Source: Sminthopsis crassicaudata
Taxonomy: Eukaryota
Assembly (NCBI RefSeq): GCF_048593235.1
Contig: NC_133617.1
Coordinates: forward strand, 738,400,958-738,464,957
Reading direction: 5' to 3'
DNA length: 64,000 nt
The notes under the pieces were generated by a model. That model was given only the letters and a program-made list of their open reading frames with translations. It did no database searches and was not told the DNA's origin. Shown one piece after another: positions 1-12,829 of the stretch (position 1 is its first letter; each line of letters starts with the position of its first letter). Both the position numbers and the translations under genes were made by a program.

Positions 1-1504
1 CTTCTGAGGATCATGGGAGGTAGCAAATGATTCACCAGTTACCATAAAATGGTATAAGGAACTGTCCCCTGTGCAGCCGGCCACCAGCCAAAGTTGCTCC
101 CTAAGCAGGTGCCGTGGAAAAGAGCTGGGGTTCAGCTCCTGGAGATGTTAATTATGGCATGCCCTTGGAGGCACTCAGTCTCCCATCTGGAAAATGAGGG
201 GGCCGCTGTTCTAGAAGACCTCTATGGTTCTCCCCAGCTCTAAATCTCAGGGATGACTCTGATTGGGTGCTACTGTCCAGCCCACAAAGTGGGTTCGGGG
301 CTGGATTTGGAGATCCCTGTCTCAGTTCTACTGTGTAATCCCAGGAAGTCAATTCACCCTTAGGGCTCTCAAAATCAGCACTAAATGGCTTCTATCCCAG
401 GATCCTTAGAGGACAGGAGAAACATCTACAAATTCAACAGTTTTCCTGGGTGTAAAACAGGTTCCAAATCAAAGGTCAAAAAAGAAAAATCACTTGGATT
501 TCTGCAGTCTCTCTCTTCCCAAACTGCCAGACGTCAGCTCACACAGCTGGACTGCCAGAAGGTGGACATCAGGGAGCCAGTTAGCCACAAATATGGATTT
601 TCTTTAACTACCCTGGTATTCTAAGAAAGCATTTCCTCATCCCCTCTGCCTTCCCCCAACCTCCGAGCCACACCTAAGACTCATGACCAACCCCAACAAC
701 ACCTTTCCCAGCAACCCCTGCTCTCCCCTCCCCCCCTAAAAAAAAGTGGTTGCCAGGTCCCAGTTAACTTTCCAGGGCATTTGGCCAATGCAGGTCATGA
801 AGCCACGCTTGGTTAGAAACCTGCGGTCGTTAAGGAGAACTTGGAAGCCGGGGCAGTGACGGCATCAACAGGAGGCCGGGTAATGCTTCCTGTTGTAATA
901 AATCCCTCCACCTGTGAAACTAGACTTCTATTTATTACCAAAACAGAAACCCCGCTCCGGAGCCCCTTCCCAAGCCCTTGAAGCTCGCTTTTCCAATAGT
1001 GACATCATCAACCGGCTTCTGACAATGGGTCCCAGGAGCTTGGGCCCCTCTGAATACACAGCCAAAGCACATTCCTAATTAGGAAGGTCACTTTCTGCTA
1101 GGTGCTGATCCCCTGGAAGCTCTCATCCCTCCCCAGCCCCCAAACAGGAGCCCGGTTAGGATCAAACTGTGGGATGGAGGCAACGGCTTACCTTTCTACT
1201 GCTTCACTGTACAGAGGGGTCAGAACAGGGCTCGCCCTTACCCTGCCCTCCAAGGCCATCCCCAAACTGTCTTAGAAACAATTTCTAAACAACTAAAATT
1301 CAGCCCAGGAACATAGGATAACTAAAGCTAAAGGGGTTCCTTGCTCTACAATATCACCACAGATTTGGATGTGGAAGGACCTCTGGCCATACAGCAGATG
1401 TATACAAGTGACAAAGATACCATTTTATAGCTTTGATGCCAGGAAACTTCTAAAATGAGAACTAAAAAAAGATGGATTTAAGGTTTCTTCTTAAAAATTT
1501 ATAG

Positions 1505-1605
1505 TTAATTTTACATGACTGCAAATGACGTATAATCTATATCAAATTGTCTGCCTTGTCAAGGAGGGAGGAGGGAGAGAGAGAATTTGGAATTTAAAAA
1601 AAAAA
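1505..1605 (+). mobile_element. Old LINE-1 3' end with A tail
   Basis: tataatctatatcaaattg...gggaggagggagagagagaatttggaattt followed by an A-run; typical marsupial L1 3' UTR end. Confidence 0.7.
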
Positions 1606-1705
1606 TTACAGCTAAACTATACACACGGCTAGCTTCTGACAACGGGTCCCAGCAGACCCCTCTTAACACACAGCAAAAGCACATTCCTAATTAGGAAGGT
1701 CACTC

Positions 1706-2122
1706 CTAATGATGCGATGATCTAACTGGGATCCACTTAGCTCTTCTTAGCAACATGGTGATCCAAGACAATTCCAATAGCCTGGGCTGAAAATACCATC
1801 CGCATCCAGAGAGAATTATAGACTGAACGTGAGATCGAAGCACACTATTTCAACTTTTTTTTTGTTTTATTTGTTTGCTTTTTCTTTCTCATGATTTTTT
1901 TATCCACTTTGGTCTGATTTTTCCTTCACAGCACGACAAATATGGAAGTATGTTTAGAAGGATTGCAATATTTAACCTATGTCGGATTTTTGCTGTCTTG
2001 GGGGAAGGAGGAAGAAAAAGTTTATTACATAAAATCTTACAGAAATGAATGCTGAAAAATGATATTTAACATGGATTTGGGAAGGTACTATTGAGAAAAA
2101 AAATTTGAAAATTAAAAAAAAT
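1706..2122 (+). mobile_element. LINE-1 3' UTR fragment
   Basis: ctcttcttagcaacatggtgatccaagacaattcc...catccagagagaa...atatggaagtatgtttagaaggattgca...A tail; recognised marsupial L1 3' UTR. Confidence 0.8.
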
Positions 2123-2271
2123 TTACAATTAAGGGAATGATCTGCCTGAAAGCAGGAGAGGAATCCCCAAACGAGATATTGATGCTCAATTGACAGGTGG
2201 ATTATACAGAGGCTGTCTTTGTAGGGGGCCTGAAGGGCTCTTTCATCTCAGGCTTTCTAAGAAATCCATTG

Positions 2272-2396
2272 CAGAGCACCAGCCCTGAAGTCAGGAGGAC
2301 CTGAGTTCAAATCTGTCCTCAGACACTTAACACTTCCTAGCTGTGTGACCCTGGGCAAGTCACTTAACGCCAGCTGTCTCAGAAAAAAAAAAAAAA
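2272..2396 (+). mobile_element. 5'-truncated WSINE1-type CORE-SINE with TSD
   Basis: agagcaccagccctgaagtcaggaggacctgagttcaaatc...gtgtgaccctgggcaagtcacttaac plus A tail; flanked by direct repeat aaatccattg (2262-2271 and after the tail). Confidence 0.9.
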
Positions 2397-3184
2397 TCCA
2401 TTGTAAAGAAAGAAGCACACTTTCACTCAGATTTTCTCTATCCTGGGTTTTCTGTGTCGGTTATCCCTTTGGCTATCTGGTGAATGAAGCCCATGGGCTC
2501 CTTCCCAGCAAAATGCTTTAAAATCCATACAATTATAAAGGAAATGAATTATAAGACATAGTTATCCAAAAAAAGATTCTGAGTAAGAAAACAGGTTCCT
2601 GGATCCCAGCTTCCAGTGCAGAGAGGAAGCTGGCTTCTTAGAGGGAGTTCAGCAGGGAAACACTTGTGCAAGGCCAAGAATTATTTCGTAAAGTGTTTCT
2701 CCTTCCCTAGTTCATCTCAAAACTATTTTTAAGTTAGATTATTAACTTAAAAGACCTATGGAGAATTGTATGATGTAGCGTGAAGAGCAATGAATTAAAA
2801 TTCAGCAAACCTGGATTCAAATCCCAGCTCTGCTACTTCCCACTGGGTGTGAGGGATGGGGAGGGGACAAGTATTTATTAACTACTATGTGCCAGACACT
2901 GTGCTAAGCATTTTCCATATGTTAGAGGGAGGAGGAAAAATCTAGTAAGGAAGAGACCGGGAAAGGTCTGGGGCCTATAAAACTAATGGGAGATTGAAGT
3001 TGGACGAGAGTCATTCCCCCTTAGATATATCCCTTTAGTCAGCCTTCCTACACGGCGTTACATGACAAAAAGGTCTGGACACAGAATGGGGAGTGACCAG
3101 CCTTTCTACCAGGCCTGTGGCAGTGACTAAGAAAAATAATCATTACAACGTTTTGCAAGGACAAATTTTGAAAATTATCTATGC

Positions 3185-3497
3185 TTTTAAAATTTTTTAT
3201 TAATTTTAATTAATGCTTTTTATTTTCAAAGTATATACATGGATAATTTTCACCATTCATCCTGGCAAAACCTTGTGTTCTAAATTTTTTCCCTCCCTTC
3301 CTCCCACCCCTTCCCCTAGCTGGCAAGTGATCCAATCTATGTTAAACATGTGCAATTCTTCTATACATATTCCCACATTTATCATGCTGCACAAGAAAAA
3401 CCAGATCAAAAAGGGAAAAAAATGAGAAAAAAAGTAAACAACAACAAAAAAGTAAAAATACAATATTGTGGTCCACATTCAGTTCCCACTGTCCTCT
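3185..3497 (-). mobile_element. LINE-1 3' end inserted into an older plus-strand L1 end
   Basis: Reverse-strand L1 3' UTR (ttccctcccttcctcccaccccttcccctagctggcaag...); candidate TSD ttatctatgc (3175-3184) / ttatttatgc (3498-3507). Confidence 0.8.
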
Positions 3498-3554
3498 TTA
3501 TTTATGCATATGTTTTGAAATTTAAATGCTTTAATTAAAAAAATAGTAACAATA

Positions 3555-3797
3555 ACAGCAAGGGCTCATATTTCTAACACTTTAAGCAAAGGGTTTTTAA
3601 AATATCATCTCATTGGAAGCTCACAGCAATCTTGGGTGCTATTATTATCCCCATTTTACAGATGGAAAAATTGAGGCCGGCAGAGTTTAAATAGCTTGCC
3701 CATAGTTCAGCAACCATGAAATATCAACAAGGGCACCTGAACTCAGCTCTTCCTGATTCCAGACCTCAGGCTCTATCCACTAGACCACCAAGCTGCC
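3555..3797 (-). mobile_element. MIR/MAR-type CORE-SINE
   Basis: attatccccattttacagatggaaaaattgagg core and gaactcag...ctctatccact head in reverse orientation. Confidence 0.75.
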
Positions 3798-6709
3798 AAG
3801 TTCCCTCATCTGGGAAATGATAACAAAATGTAAAAGTTGAAAAAGAACTAGGAGGTCATCTCATGCTATACCTTCACAAGGGGATCCCCTGTACAAGGGA
3901 CCGTCTAGCAAGGAGACGTCACCACTTACAGAGTGGCCCTTTCCACCCTAGAGTGGCTCCCTACAGCCCAAGTGTCCTAAGGAATGGAAGAGCAGTGTAT
4001 TTATTATCGCCAACTGACACCGTCCACTTCGACGAATGTTACTTATGACCAAAGGGTCACAGACCAAAGGCGTGGCTCTCCCCCAGGAGACCCAGCAAAA
4101 TTCAAATTAGCCTAACCCGACAGAGAGAAGGGGGCTCTGTAAGAGATAAAAGATTTTTTTAAAAGATAAAAGATAAAAAAAGGGAGAGATAAAAAGCTTC
4201 TCAACTTTCTCAGCCAACAGCCATAGGGAGTCTCCAATCTGACAGCATTCAAACTAGATTCATTTACTTTCTTACATCCCCCTGTGGGGGAAGTACCCAC
4301 CATTCTACAGGGTCTATAGCCACAAATCGTCAGTGTTCAACATATAAGGGAGTCTTGTCCTCAATCTACCTCCACGGGCCCCAATGCCAGCTGCCGCCCA
4401 CAAAAAAATAGGTTTAGCAAAGTTTAAAAAAAAGTGTTTTAACCGACTACCTATTATTTCTCCCCATCATTACAGTGTTTCCTCCTCAGGTCATTAAAAA
4501 AAAGAAAAAGATGACTTCTGGCTCTCGTGCTCTTCCCACTCCAGAATATTCTGGCTAGTTTTCAGAGCAAAATCTTGGCATCTTCCAGTCCCAACCCCCA
4601 CACACTTTACAGCTAAGGTCATTGAAACTTAGAGAAGTCAAGTCACTTTGCAAAAGTCACAGGGGGAGTCCTGGACAGAGGAGGATCTAAAACAATCCTC
4701 CTTCCATGATAAGGCTCCTTGTCACAAAATAGGTCAGCCATTATCAGGTGGGAAAACTTGGAAAATAAATCTTTCGTGGAAGGGCAAATTCAGGAAACAT
4801 ATGTTAAGTATGAATGAATGAAAACATTTAAGTACTCATCATATATTAAGTACTGGGCTAACCCTGAAGTAAAAACAAGCAAGAAACTTACATTCTAATA
4901 GAGTCAATAGTTTTGGGGTTTTTTTTATTGGAATGGATTGGGGGGAGGGCAGCAGCATGGATGACTACAAAGACTTAGGCAAAGTCCAAGGCTCCAAGGA
5001 GGAGAGCTTGGGTAGGAGGGTGGAGGAGGAGGAACAGGAGGTCAGAGTGCAGTCAGCATACTTTGGAGAAGGCCAGCACAATTTTTATCCCAATTTCTAC
5101 AAAAGCCCAGTTCCTCTTTATGGGTTGACTTGACCTCCTTAGAATAGACAGCCCTTAAGCACAGAGACTGAGATGGTGGGGTTTCCTCCGCCCTAATATT
5201 TGCACCCCCAGTTCTTAGCTCAGCACAAAATCAGGCTCACAGAGTAAGCATTTTTTGAGGACTATCTATTGAAATTCCAACAGGGCAAAGTTCCCCCACA
5301 AAAAAAGAATAAATCACAAGGCTTCAGGAAGCAATATTTAATTTTAAGTGTCCTTGTTTCAGATTCTTTTGCCATCTACTAAAAAGGGTTCACCGAACCC
5401 TTCAAGAAGACATATTAGTCTTCCAGGGATTGGAATAAAATTTAGGAAGAAAATGGGCTTCAGATCCTGAAGTCTCAGACTCAAGGGCCCCCAAACTAAG
5501 CAACGGGCTGCCTTCGGCGGTTTCATGTGGTTTCCCTTTGATTCGCTAAGGCTGGGCCCCTTCTTGGACATACACACTCAGTTTAGATCGGAATCCTCAG
5601 CCTCAAAAGGTAAAAACACATTATTATCTTAACTGACATTCAGTCACAGCCTCATTCAATCTTGCCTGGGTTCCACAAAAGCTTTTTTTTTTCTCTCTAA
5701 GACATCACCTGGGGATTTCACTTACACACAATTCCTCCTATGGTCCCAGTTAGCCCAGACAACCAAAGATCTTCAGAATGAATGAGGGCATTGAATGTCT
5801 ATAGCAAGAAGCCCCCTAATCGCCCCACCATGTGCACGGCACCACGCTTAAGATGCTCCAGGGAATCTCAAAAGGAGATGGATAGATGGCGTCTACTCCC
5901 CACCCTCCGACTCTTCTGAAAGCTCACAGCAACTACAGCAAAAAGCAGAATGAGGGCTCTCTCCCTCCAGTCAAGGTCAGGGCAGTGAAAGAAAAACACC
6001 GTCTGAACAGATGCCCCGGCTCCTCGTAAAAGCGGGCAAAAGAAGCCGAAGTTCAGAACCACAGTGGACAAAATGGCTTTCGGAGCCAAAAGCAACACCC
6101 TGGAAATAATCAGAAGTGATTACTGTTTGGGGAAATCCTTGGCTACGGCCGACACTTTGATTCAATTTTTCCAGGCCGGATCATCCAAAGTCACTGAACT
6201 TGGGATTGGCAGGAGGAAGTTCTCATTCATGCATCTCTGCGGGAGGAGGCTCCTTCAGAGGAATGGTTAACATATGACCAGGGCCCAGGGTGTCAATTCC
6301 AGGTCTAGTTAAAGAAACTTCACTGAGCTAGTTCTTAACAGACTAAACACTTTCTGAATCCTTAATTATATCCTGGAGGAAAATCCAAGAACCTCAATGT
6401 GTTGGACCTTGGGGACTAACCATTGCATCCATTTCCATTTAACCAAGGAAATTGAGGAGCAAAGTGAAGAAGTGCTTGGCGAAATTCCTGGAGCCAATAG
6501 TGACAATCGGCTCTAGAACTCCCGATCAGTGTCGTGATTGTGGCTGCTTAACTTAGCCTCTGACTTAATTGATTGTAAGGGAAGGCCCTCTCAAAGAGTT
6601 CAGTAATTTAGCCAAAAGTCTGGCACAATGAAAGGTTCATTTAATTGCTCAGGGTCACACAGACAAAATAGAGGATCTAAATCCAGGATCCTTTGACTAG
6701 CCCAAGTTG

Positions 6710-7190
6710 TCAGAGACATTTCCTGATTTCCAATGTAAAGGGAGTGACACTTAGTAGCTTGGGTCACCCTTAAGCCACACTTAACCCTGTTTACCTCAGT
6801 TTCCTCATCTATTAAAAAATGACTTGGAGCATCCAGAGGAAAAACTATGAAGTCTTAACACAAATCAAAGCATACTATTTCCACCATTGTTGTTTTTTCT
6901 TTTTTATGGTTTTCCTTTTTGTTTGGATTCTTCTTTCACAACACGACTCATGTGGAAATATATGTACTATGACAATGTGTATAACCTATATCAAATTGTT
7001 TGCCATCTTGGGGAGGGAGAGGGAAGAAAAAGTGGAATTCAGCTTAAAAAAGTGAATGTTGAAAATGAAAAAAAATTTTAAGTTTTTAAAAATGAGTTGA
7101 AGAAGGAAATGGCAACGCTTTAGTATCTCTGCCAAGAAAATCCCAAATGGGGTCCCAAAGACACAATTCTGAAACGACTGAACAACAAAA
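6710..7190 (+). mobile_element. MAR1 SINE interrupted by an L1 3' fragment (6830-7087)
   Basis: CORE (cctcagtttcctcatct) on the left and RTE-like tail (gaaggaaatggcaa...gccaagaaaatcccaaatggggtc...gactgaacaacaa) on the right. The L1 insert is flanked by aaaaatgacttggag / aaaaatgagttgaag. Confidence 0.8.
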
Positions 7191-8833
7191 TGGTCACTGT
7201 AGTTATGAACAAATAAATCATGTTTACATTATGAAGCAGTTTTCCAAGGCTGGATCCCAGATCTACCATTACAGCCTCTGTGTCTTTAAGTAAATTGTTT
7301 TTTCTCTGGACCCAATTTTCCATCTTAAAAATAAAGAAGCTAAGCTCCAGACCATGAAGGAATTCCCTTCTAACACTTATTTACAAGACTATCAGCAACC
7401 CCACTTTACAGATAAGGAAACTGAGACTTGGAGAAGGGCCTCTCTGGTGATGTGCACACTTCATGTCAGATCTTAAACACAGACCCTTTTTTCTGTACAG
7501 AGATTGATTTCTACAGTTGAACTGAGCCATAGAACATGGGGAGGAAATTTGACAACGGGATGGAGGAGCTGAGGGGCACAAGAGAAAAAAGATAGCTCTC
7601 ATCCCATCCCCCTCAACTCCATTTTTCAGATTTGGTTATCAGGAAAACGCCTCCATTAAAATTTAACCAACCACAGATAAGCTCCGGGGAGTCACAAAAC
7701 TGAACCAAAACGTTTTACAAAAAGGGCTTTTGTAAGGTGGGCCCAACCAGAAGAATATTCACAAAGGCTGTAAGCGCATCGACTTGCAGGAAAGCTGCAG
7801 TCTCAAAGTCTCCAAAGTTCATTTTATTTTCCACAAGGAATAAGATTTAAGATGAGCTGAGAATATTTTCTTTACTAGGTGACTGCCTAAAACACCAAAG
7901 CAATGGGTTTAAACAGCATCACCATTTATTTGGAAACTAAATTAGGAATGAGAAGTTTGGCTGGAAGCCCAGGCCCTTAATGGAGGCAATGAGTCCATTA
8001 TCAAAAGAGTCATTTAAGGGACCCAAGATCCTTCAGCCCAGACCCTTTCCTGCTCTGGGTGGCCCAGGAGCACCAACACAGACATGGAAAGCCAAGGTTT
8101 CCTGTTCTGTTTCAGAGCACAAAGAGGCACGGAGGGGCAGTTAACAGCATGGCTGTGTGCACGGAGGCCAGGTGGACCCTTTTTCAGCATCTGTTCAATC
8201 AAGATTCTCCACTGGAGCCTTGAAGCCTGTCTCCGGGATAGGGGGAAAGCCACTAAGACAGGATGGAGTAACTATAACCAAGAAGGGCTGGGGAGGGCAA
8301 AGCGCGGTACATCAAAAAGCACTGCAGACATTGGAGGTGGATGATCTGGATTCCAATGACCATTTGCCTTTTGAGGGCCTGATCTGGGACCCAAGAGCTC
8401 AGAGCTATGTTCGTGGGGTATAACCGACCCTTCCGCGCTCCAAAATACACTCAATCTGCCAAAGAAAAAACCAAGAGCTCGAAAGAAATGAAGGAAGGAA
8501 AACAACCTACAGAATTTAGTCGGTCCTCCCTAAAAAACAAAGAGGTGATCCAGACAGAGAAGTCAAATCCCTGGGCCCGAGCAGTGGGTGGGAAGGAGAC
8601 AAGCTCACCGGCTGCCCACCTCATAATTAGAAATGCAGTGACGATTTAAGAACAGGGTGTGAACATCTCTGCTGCCCCTGGCCAGCTGCCAGCTCCCTGT
8701 GGGCAGAATTTAACTGTTTATTTAAAGCTCACCCAGATAGTTTCCATTTCTCCAGCAGAAGGGGTCTATATTCTCTCTGTGTCTCTCAGACTCAATATTC
8801 AAGGTCCCTTCAAGTGCATAAAAAGAGCAACCA

Positions 8834-9480
8834 GATTGGGATTATATCCCAAAGAAATACTAAAGAGGGGAAAGGGACCTGTATGTGCCAAAATGTCTGT
8901 GGCAGCTCTTTTTGTTGTAGCTAAAAACTGGAAGTTGAATGGATGTCCATCCATTGGAGAATGGTTGGGTAAATTGTGGTATATGAAGGTTATGGAATAT
9001 TATTGCTCTGTAAGAAATGAGCAGCAGGAGGAATACAGAGAGGCTTGGAGAGACTTACATCAACTGATGCTGAGTGAAATGAGCAGAACCGGAAGATCGC
9101 TGTACACTTCAACAACAATACTGTATGAGGATGTATTCTGATGGAAGTGGAAATCTTCAATCAATGATGGACAGAAACAACTACACCCAGAGAATGAATG
9201 TAAAATATTAGCACTACTGTCTTTCTACCCAGGTTACTATACTGTCAGAATCTAATACTTAACGTGCAACAAGAAATATTGGATTTACACACATATATTG
9301 TATCTAGGTTATACTGTAACAGATGTAAAATGTATGGGATTGCCTGTCATCTAGGGGAGGGGGTTGAGGGAGGGAGGGGAAAATCTGGAAAAATGAATAC
9401 AAGGGATGTTATTTTAAAAATTACTCATGCATATATACTGTGAAAAAATTTTTATAATTATAAAATTTAAAAAAAAAAAA
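8834..9480 (+). mobile_element. Young 5'-truncated LINE-1 (ORF2 C-terminus + 3' UTR + polyA)
   Basis: ORF 8659-9141 contains L1 ORF2 C-terminal motifs (LGLYPKE...NWKLNGCPSIGEWLGKLWY...EYY). TSD aaaagagcaacca (8821-8833) / aaaagagcagcca (9481-9493). Same subfamily as 38114-39511 but lacks a 31-nt 3' UTR segment present there (39136-39166). Confidence 0.95.
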
Positions 9481-9498
9481 AAAAGAGCAGCCAAGCAA

Positions 9499-9845
9499 AT
9501 AGAGCACTGGCTCTGGAGTCAGGAGGACCTGAATTCAAATCCAGCCCCAGATACCTACTAGTTGTGTGATCCTGAGTCAGTCAATTAATTCTGATTGCCC
9601 CCCAAAAAAGAAGCAGCAGGAGCCATATTGCTGACGTTTATAAGGTGCTTTACGGCTGTTATTTCTTTTAATGCTCACAATCTTAGAAAGTAGGTGCTGA
9701 TATTATCCCCATTTTACAGTTGAGAAAACTGAGGCAGACTGAGGCTTAAGGTGCACAGCTAACTAGCGTCTGAGGGTAGAATTTGAAATCGAATCTTTCT
9801 GACTCCAGGCCCAGGGCTGTAACCATTGCACCACCCAGTTGTCTC
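9499..9845. mobile_element. CORE-SINE pair (plus-strand WSINE-like copy followed by minus-strand MIR/MAR copy)
   Basis: agagcactggctctggagtcaggaggacctgaattcaaatcc on plus; attatccccattttacagttgagaaaactgaggc on the reverse copy. Confidence 0.75.
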
Positions 9846-12829
9846 AGTGCCTCCTGTATGTCCTAGGAAGGAAAGTATTACAGGTTTCTGTTTTCTAAAA
9901 CTTGGCCATCTCCCAGGACAGAATCACCAGATCAAGTGACTGCATCTCGACTTACACCAGAGCAAATCCTAAGGGGAAGCCGGGGAAGCCCAGGTCTAAC
10001 CTTGCCTTACCCAGGCCACAGTCCCAGGCAGGCTAATTAGCATCCGTCTAGACCTCAGTTTTCCCATCCATGAAACTGACTTTCTGACAGGGAGGAAAGT
10101 TTCTGCAAAACTGTTTGGAAAAGCTTAAATACACAAAAAGGTCATTTTTCTGGCTGAGCTTGAACTGGGTGAAATTCATGAAGGAGCCTCAAGTAGCTAA
10201 AAGCCCCAACAGAGAGAAAGAGAGTAAAACCGAGCTTGTGGCTGCCCAGCAGGCGGAGCTTAGGGCCCGACTCCCCTGTTCTGGGGGATCCCTGGCTCCA
10301 AATTTAGGGTTCTCTCACTTTGAAGTGAAATGTCATCAGGGATTGTCCGGCCCGATCCCCTTCTACAGATGTGGATGCTGGGCCTGGGATCACCCTGGGA
10401 TGTGGCCAAAGTCACAGAAGTTGGAAGGGGCAGGAAGAGTCCACCGAGGTTCTGAAGGCAAAGGCAGCAGTAACCCTTGTCCCAATCTCCCTCCACAACT
10501 GAAGAACTGCTGTGAGAACAGAATCTGTCCTGAGAAAGCTCTGCAGCCACAGGGAAGGCCATTTTCTTAACAGACTTCTGCTTTTTTACTCTCTATTTCT
10601 GAAATCTGTAGAATGTTTCATTTTAATACTAAAAAAGCATTTTATGAGGATCAAATACAGAGCAGGAGAGGGCCTTCAAATTGAATCCCCTTTTTACAGC
10701 TGAGGAAACTGAGGTCCAGAAGGTCTCATGATTTTCCCAACATCACTAGGTGAGGTAGCTGTGGACCATCAGGAGGACCAGATTCTTTCCAGTGGGGAGA
10801 CTGTGTCACTCTGGACAAAGAAGCATTTCTAAGGTCACAATGTCACAATCAAGGCAAGTCTTGGGTCGGTTAATGAAGGAATTTTAACTGAATCACCAAA
10901 GAGTTACAAGTAACTCTTACTTGAAGAGTAAACTCCAAGGAAATAGGAAAAGATGGGTGTTGTTTAGTTTTAATCACATCTCCCTAGAAACAAATAAATA
11001 TCCCCATGTTGTCTGCACATGAGAAGCCTGCAGAACTATCCTGAGCCCTCATGTGGCATAAACATCTCCCTGGGAAACGGGATGCTCTGTGGGACATCCC
11101 TCAGTGAACATGCTGGGGCTCCTCTACCCAGAAATCCCCAGGGCTACCTTTTCAGTGGGATTGGCCATTCTACAGTTTGATTCAAAATGACTTGCCCTGG
11201 CTCATGGGAAAGCCAAGGACCACAAGCACTTGTTTTTATATAATTGTTAATGTTACTAGGACCCACTTACATTATTCCCCCAATCCCACTTTAAGCCAGA
11301 AACAAAAGAGATTCCAACTGCATATTCACAGGCTTGTTTAACATCTGACCTTTGAGGATAAAGATTCCCCTGAGTATTTCTCTATCCACTTTAGGGCAAT
11401 GAGAACTTTATTCCAATTATAAAATGATTCAGTTATTATTATTCATAAGTGTAATTTTAAAATATCATTAAGTAACAATACACAATCAATTATAAATAAT
11501 AAACTGCCATCGCTATGTTTTTAATAAACCATTATTAACAGTATATTATCGATAATGGTTAACAATTATGTTGTACTTCAAAGTTGGCAAAGCGATCTCA
11601 TTTAATCTTTAAAAGAATCCTGTGAGGTTTACAGATGAGGTAACGGAGGCAAATACAGATTAAGTGACATACCCAAAGTCACACAACTAGTCACTGAGGC
11701 AGAATTTGAACTCAGCTTTTCCTACCCCAGCACTTTATCCACCATGGCACCTATTTGCATTTGGCAAACCTCAAAACAGCCCTCTGAGTAAATAAGTACC
11801 AATATTATCAGCCTCATTAGAGAGTTAGGGAAACAGACTATGGGTCATCCAGTCTTGCCCTGAACCCCACATTTAAGCAAGATTCAAACCCAATCCTCCA
11901 GGCATTACGCCCAGCTGTACTTGCAGCACCCTACATGATTTTGCGGAACGGAAGAAGATGGCAAAGGATGAGGTTATTTCATTTACAAGATTGGAAAACT
12001 AATGTGCTAAATTGGGCTTATTTGATTTCACACACTATTGTAATCACCTTTAAATTACACAGACTCTAACTTAAAATTATGCAAAAATAAATTTAAAATT
12101 GTAATATTTATATTATTTAATATATTCATTTATAAATATTTTACTTATAAATATAAATATATTTCTATGTTTACATATCTTAAAATATACTTAAACCATA
12201 TAAAAATGTGATTTTAAGTTTTTCCTTTTAAGCTATGGGGGCATGGAAGGACATTCTCATTATAAAACTGTACATGAAGCTCACTATGAGCATCTGATTT
12301 TGTCCTCTCACCTCACCCCACTCCCTCTTGGAGTATCAAGGAAAGGCAGTTCTAAACAGAAATCTAGGTTACAAATGACTAGACTTTGAAGTCTAACTCT
12401 GAAGTAATCTTTCCCCTCACATTCATAAGCAAGCACTTGCTCTTCCAGGCATTGGGAATACAAAGTATTTAGAAATTAAATACTTCTTGTCCTCAAGGAA
12501 CTTAAATCAACATCTTCCTAGAAGAACAAAAAATAATCAAACCCGATAATCCAGTATCCAATAAAATCTAAAGCAACCCTAGGAAAGAATGTTCTATTTA
12601 AACAGAATGGTTGGGGAAATTCAAAAGAAGCCTGGTGGAAATGAGGTTGAGAATACTTTCTTACACCACATTCTAAAAATCAGGCCACAAAAAAGTTTAA
12701 TTTTAAAAAAAATCAAGTATCCTTCACAAGCACGATTTAGGCTTTTTAAATTCACAAATGAGGTATAAATGCAATTACAACAGATAAAATAATTTCAATA
12801 CAAGAATAAAGTTTTTGTACAAACAGAAT

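Noticed and set aside
2440-2600. Possible hAT/MER remnant (similar pieces at ~27550-27640 and ~63960-64000)
   Set aside because: The resemblance is too degenerate to name or bound without a Dfam search.
7715-7737. Short hairpin ttacaaaa/ttttgtaa and similar 7-8 bp inverted repeats
   Set aside because: Expected many times by chance; too short for a miRNA precursor.
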